Shown here: positions 62,346-64,000 of the stretch, in pieces
How the letters are laid out: each line of letters starts with the position of its first letter
Numbering within the stretch: the first letter of the stretch is position 1
Assembly: GCA_045627865.1 (NCBI GenBank)
Contig: JAZQOK010000004.1
Span: forward strand, 6,663 to 70,662
From: Bacteroidales bacterium
Lineage (GTDB): Bacteria; Bacteroidota; Bacteroidia; Bacteroidales; UBA3663
Direction: 5' to 3'
DNA: 64,000 bases
Translations under genes and position numbers: made by a program
Notes under the pieces: model-generated
Seen by the model: only the letters and a program-made list of their open reading frames with translations
What the model was told of the DNA's origin: nothing
The model's database searches: none

Positions 62346-63893
62346 ATGTTACACCTTATTGATTATATCATCGTTATTTTCAGTATCCTGCTGGCTATTG
62401 GTATGGGTGTCTATTTTGCCCATCGGCAGAAGGATACCTCTGCCTACTTCAAGGGTAGTGGCAAGGTTCCTGCCTGGGCAGTAGGCATCTCGATATTCGC
62501 GACCTTGATTTCGAGTGTGACCTTCCTCGCCTATCCAGGTGCTGCCTACAAGGGCAATTGGATCATGCTCGTACAGGGTCTGATGGTCCCTATTGTGCTA
62601 TTGGCCTTGATTGGGGTGCTTGTGCCCTTGTTCCGTAATCTGATACATTTGTCGACCTACGAGTATTTTGAACGTCGTTTTGGTGCTCCAGCTCGCTATT
62701 ATAGTTCTGTTGCTTTTGTGTTGACACACTTCACGAAGATGGGTTCTGTGTTCTATCTCGTAGCAATGGCCATTGCTGCCTTTATGAACATCGATATCTA
62801 TGTTGTGATTGGTGTATTGGGCGTCACTATTATCGTCTTGACTCTTCTGGGAGGCATGGAGGCTATTATCTGGATGGATGTTGTGCAGGGTGGCTTGCTC
62901 ATTGGTGGCGGCTTGCTCTGTCTGGGCCTGCTCCTGAGTGGCATCAATACCCCTTATGGTCCTGCAGAGATTATCGGCAAGGCATGGGAGAGTGGGAAGA
63001 TTGATGTCGGTCCCTATGACTTCAACTTTGTCGAAACCACCTTCTGGGTAATGGTACTTAATGGCATCTTCTATGCCCTGCAGAAATATGGTACCGATCA
63101 GACCATCGTGCAAAGATATCTGACCGCCAACAGCGATCATGAGGCCAAGAAAGCGGCCTATATCGGCGTTTTCCTGAGCGTTCCGGTTTGGACTATGTTC
63201 ATGCTGGTCGGATCGCTCCTGTGGGCCTATTATCAGTTCTCTCCCGATGCAGCTATCGAGGGCATGAAACCCGATGCGGTCTTCCCACATTTCATCTCAA
63301 CACAGTTGCCGGTTGGCGTAAGAGGTATTATTATTGCCGCAATTGCTGCCGCTGCGATCTCATCGTTGGATTCTGATCTGAACTGTCTTTCGGCCATTGC
63401 TGTCCAGGATTATCTGGTCAAGCTTCGTCCGAATATGACCGACAAACAGAAACTCGTGGCTGGACGTTGGGCGGTGGTCATTGCAGGCTTGGGAGCCATC
63501 GGTATTGCGATTGCCTACTATCAGACCAATGGAGGAGCTGTCTTGAATACCATCTTCGGCTTCTATGCCATCTTCTCGGCAGGCATTGTCGGCATCTTCC
63601 TGTTGGGTCTTTGTTCGAAACATGCCAACAGCAAGGGACTCTATGTCGGACTGGTAGCCTGTATCCTCTTTACGGCTTGGGGTACGTTGATCTATCCGAT
63701 CAACAAGTATATGATGGGTGTCTATAGTCACCTGATTGTGCTTGTAGTCGGTTATTTGGCCTCTTTGTGTTTCCGTCATACCGAGGCCCACGACGAACTG
63801 ACCATCTATGGATTCTTGGGCAAGGGTCATCGTGAAGTCTGGAAGAAAGCAACCAAGAAGGTTGCCCATTTGGAAAACCATAAAAACAAGTGA
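62346..63893 (+). CDS. Sodium:solute symporter (SSS) family transporter
   Basis: 515 aa with about 13 TM helices. The N-terminal pattern is typical of the SSS family (...GKVPAWAVGISIFATLISSVTFLAYPG). Confidence 0.85.
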   Translation: MLHLIDYIIVIFSILLAIGMGVYFAHRQKDTSAYFKGSGKVPAWAVGISIFATLISSVTFLAYPGAAYKGNWIMLVQGLMVPIVLLALIGVLVPLFRNLIHLSTYEYFERRFGAPARYYSSVAFVLTHFTKMGSVFYLVAMAIAAFMNIDIYVVIGVLGVTIIVLTLLGGMEAIIWMDVVQGGLLIGGGLLCLGLLLSGINTPYGPAEIIGKAWESGKIDVGPYDFNFVETTFWVMVLNGIFYALQKYGTDQTIVQRYLTANSDHEAKKAAYIGVFLSVPVWTMFMLVGSLLWAYYQFSPDAAIEGMKPDAVFPHFISTQLPVGVRGIIIAAIAAAAISSLDSDLNCLSAIAVQDYLVKLRPNMTDKQKLVAGRWAVVIAGLGAIGIAIAYYQTNGGAVLNTIFGFYAIFSAGIVGIFLLGLCSKHANSKGLYVGLVACILFTAWGTLIYPINKYMMGVYSHLIVLVVGYLASLCFRHTEAHDELTIYGFLGKGHREVWKKATKKVAHLENHKNK

Positions 63894-63902
63894 TTTTGAC
63901 TT

Positions 63903-64000
63903 ATGAATACAGTTACATTAAAACAACCTCAGCGCATGGTGTTCGGTACAGGATGCCTTTCACAGTTCGCTGATGAATATATCAAGTTTGGTTTTAAGCA
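63903..64000 (+). CDS. Probable iron-containing alcohol dehydrogenase family protein (5' fragment; continues past the window)
   Basis: MNTVTLKQPQRMVFGTGCLSQFADEYIKFGFK. Only 32 codons are visible, and the pattern resembles the N-terminus of Fe-ADH family proteins. Confidence 0.35.
   Translation, partial: MNTVTLKQPQRMVFGTGCLSQFADEYIKFGFK

Overview
This is a 64-kb chromosomal segment that looks like a Bacteroidota genome of the Prevotella/Segatella type. The signs are TAnnTTTG -7 promoter boxes, an HTCS-type sensor, a probable T9SS cargo protein, no Shine-Dalgarno sequences and trpB-E-G-D-C-F-A gene order. I support about 54 protein-coding genes, and found no rRNA, tRNA, CRISPR array, transposase or recognisable defence genes.

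Gene content from left to right:
- A glycan-degradation neighbourhood: HTCS sensor fragment, esterase-DUF3826 fusion, GNAT, 997-aa beta-helix protein and GH43.
- metY.
- A heavy-metal RND efflux operon: His-rich adaptor, CzcA/CusA-type pump and TolC-like protein.
- An acyl-CoA synthetase, acyltransferase-3 and NhaD/ArsB-type antiporter.
- lepA.
- An LPS/LOS core cluster: late acyltransferase, glf, GT8, WbbI-like galactofuranosyltransferase, another GT, LPS kinase and GT2.
- leuS.
- An ABM monooxygenase plus FecCD permease.
- A MarR/OhrR-glutathione peroxidase operon.
- Glycerate kinase and a GH20 enzyme.
- A 1139-aa repeat-containing surface protein.
- A nitroreductase, a BtuF-like binding protein and an outer-membrane receptor.
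- The complete trp operon.
- Lipoprotein/OMP genes, a MATE pump, and a DHDPS-like aldolase/SSS symporter/Fe-ADH cluster.

The most unusual signals are non-coding:
1. A family of at least 18 GC-rich palindromic mosaic elements. Each has a GACCC terminus, C-tracts and a C-tract/loop/G-tract hairpin. They sit exactly at gene boundaries: they overlap TAG stop codons, end 2-5 nt before ATG start codons, and form inverted pairs that fill whole intergenic spacers. Twelve copies saturate the trp operon. Two copies are inserted in-frame in coding sequences (trpE and a BtuF-like gene), and two more supply both termini of TrpG.
2. A trp leader peptide (MTIVSAYWWWRCS) followed by an intrinsic terminator.
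3. A 41-bp hairpin-forming tandem repeat of about 4.3 copies.

All functional interpretation of these elements is inference from sequence alone.
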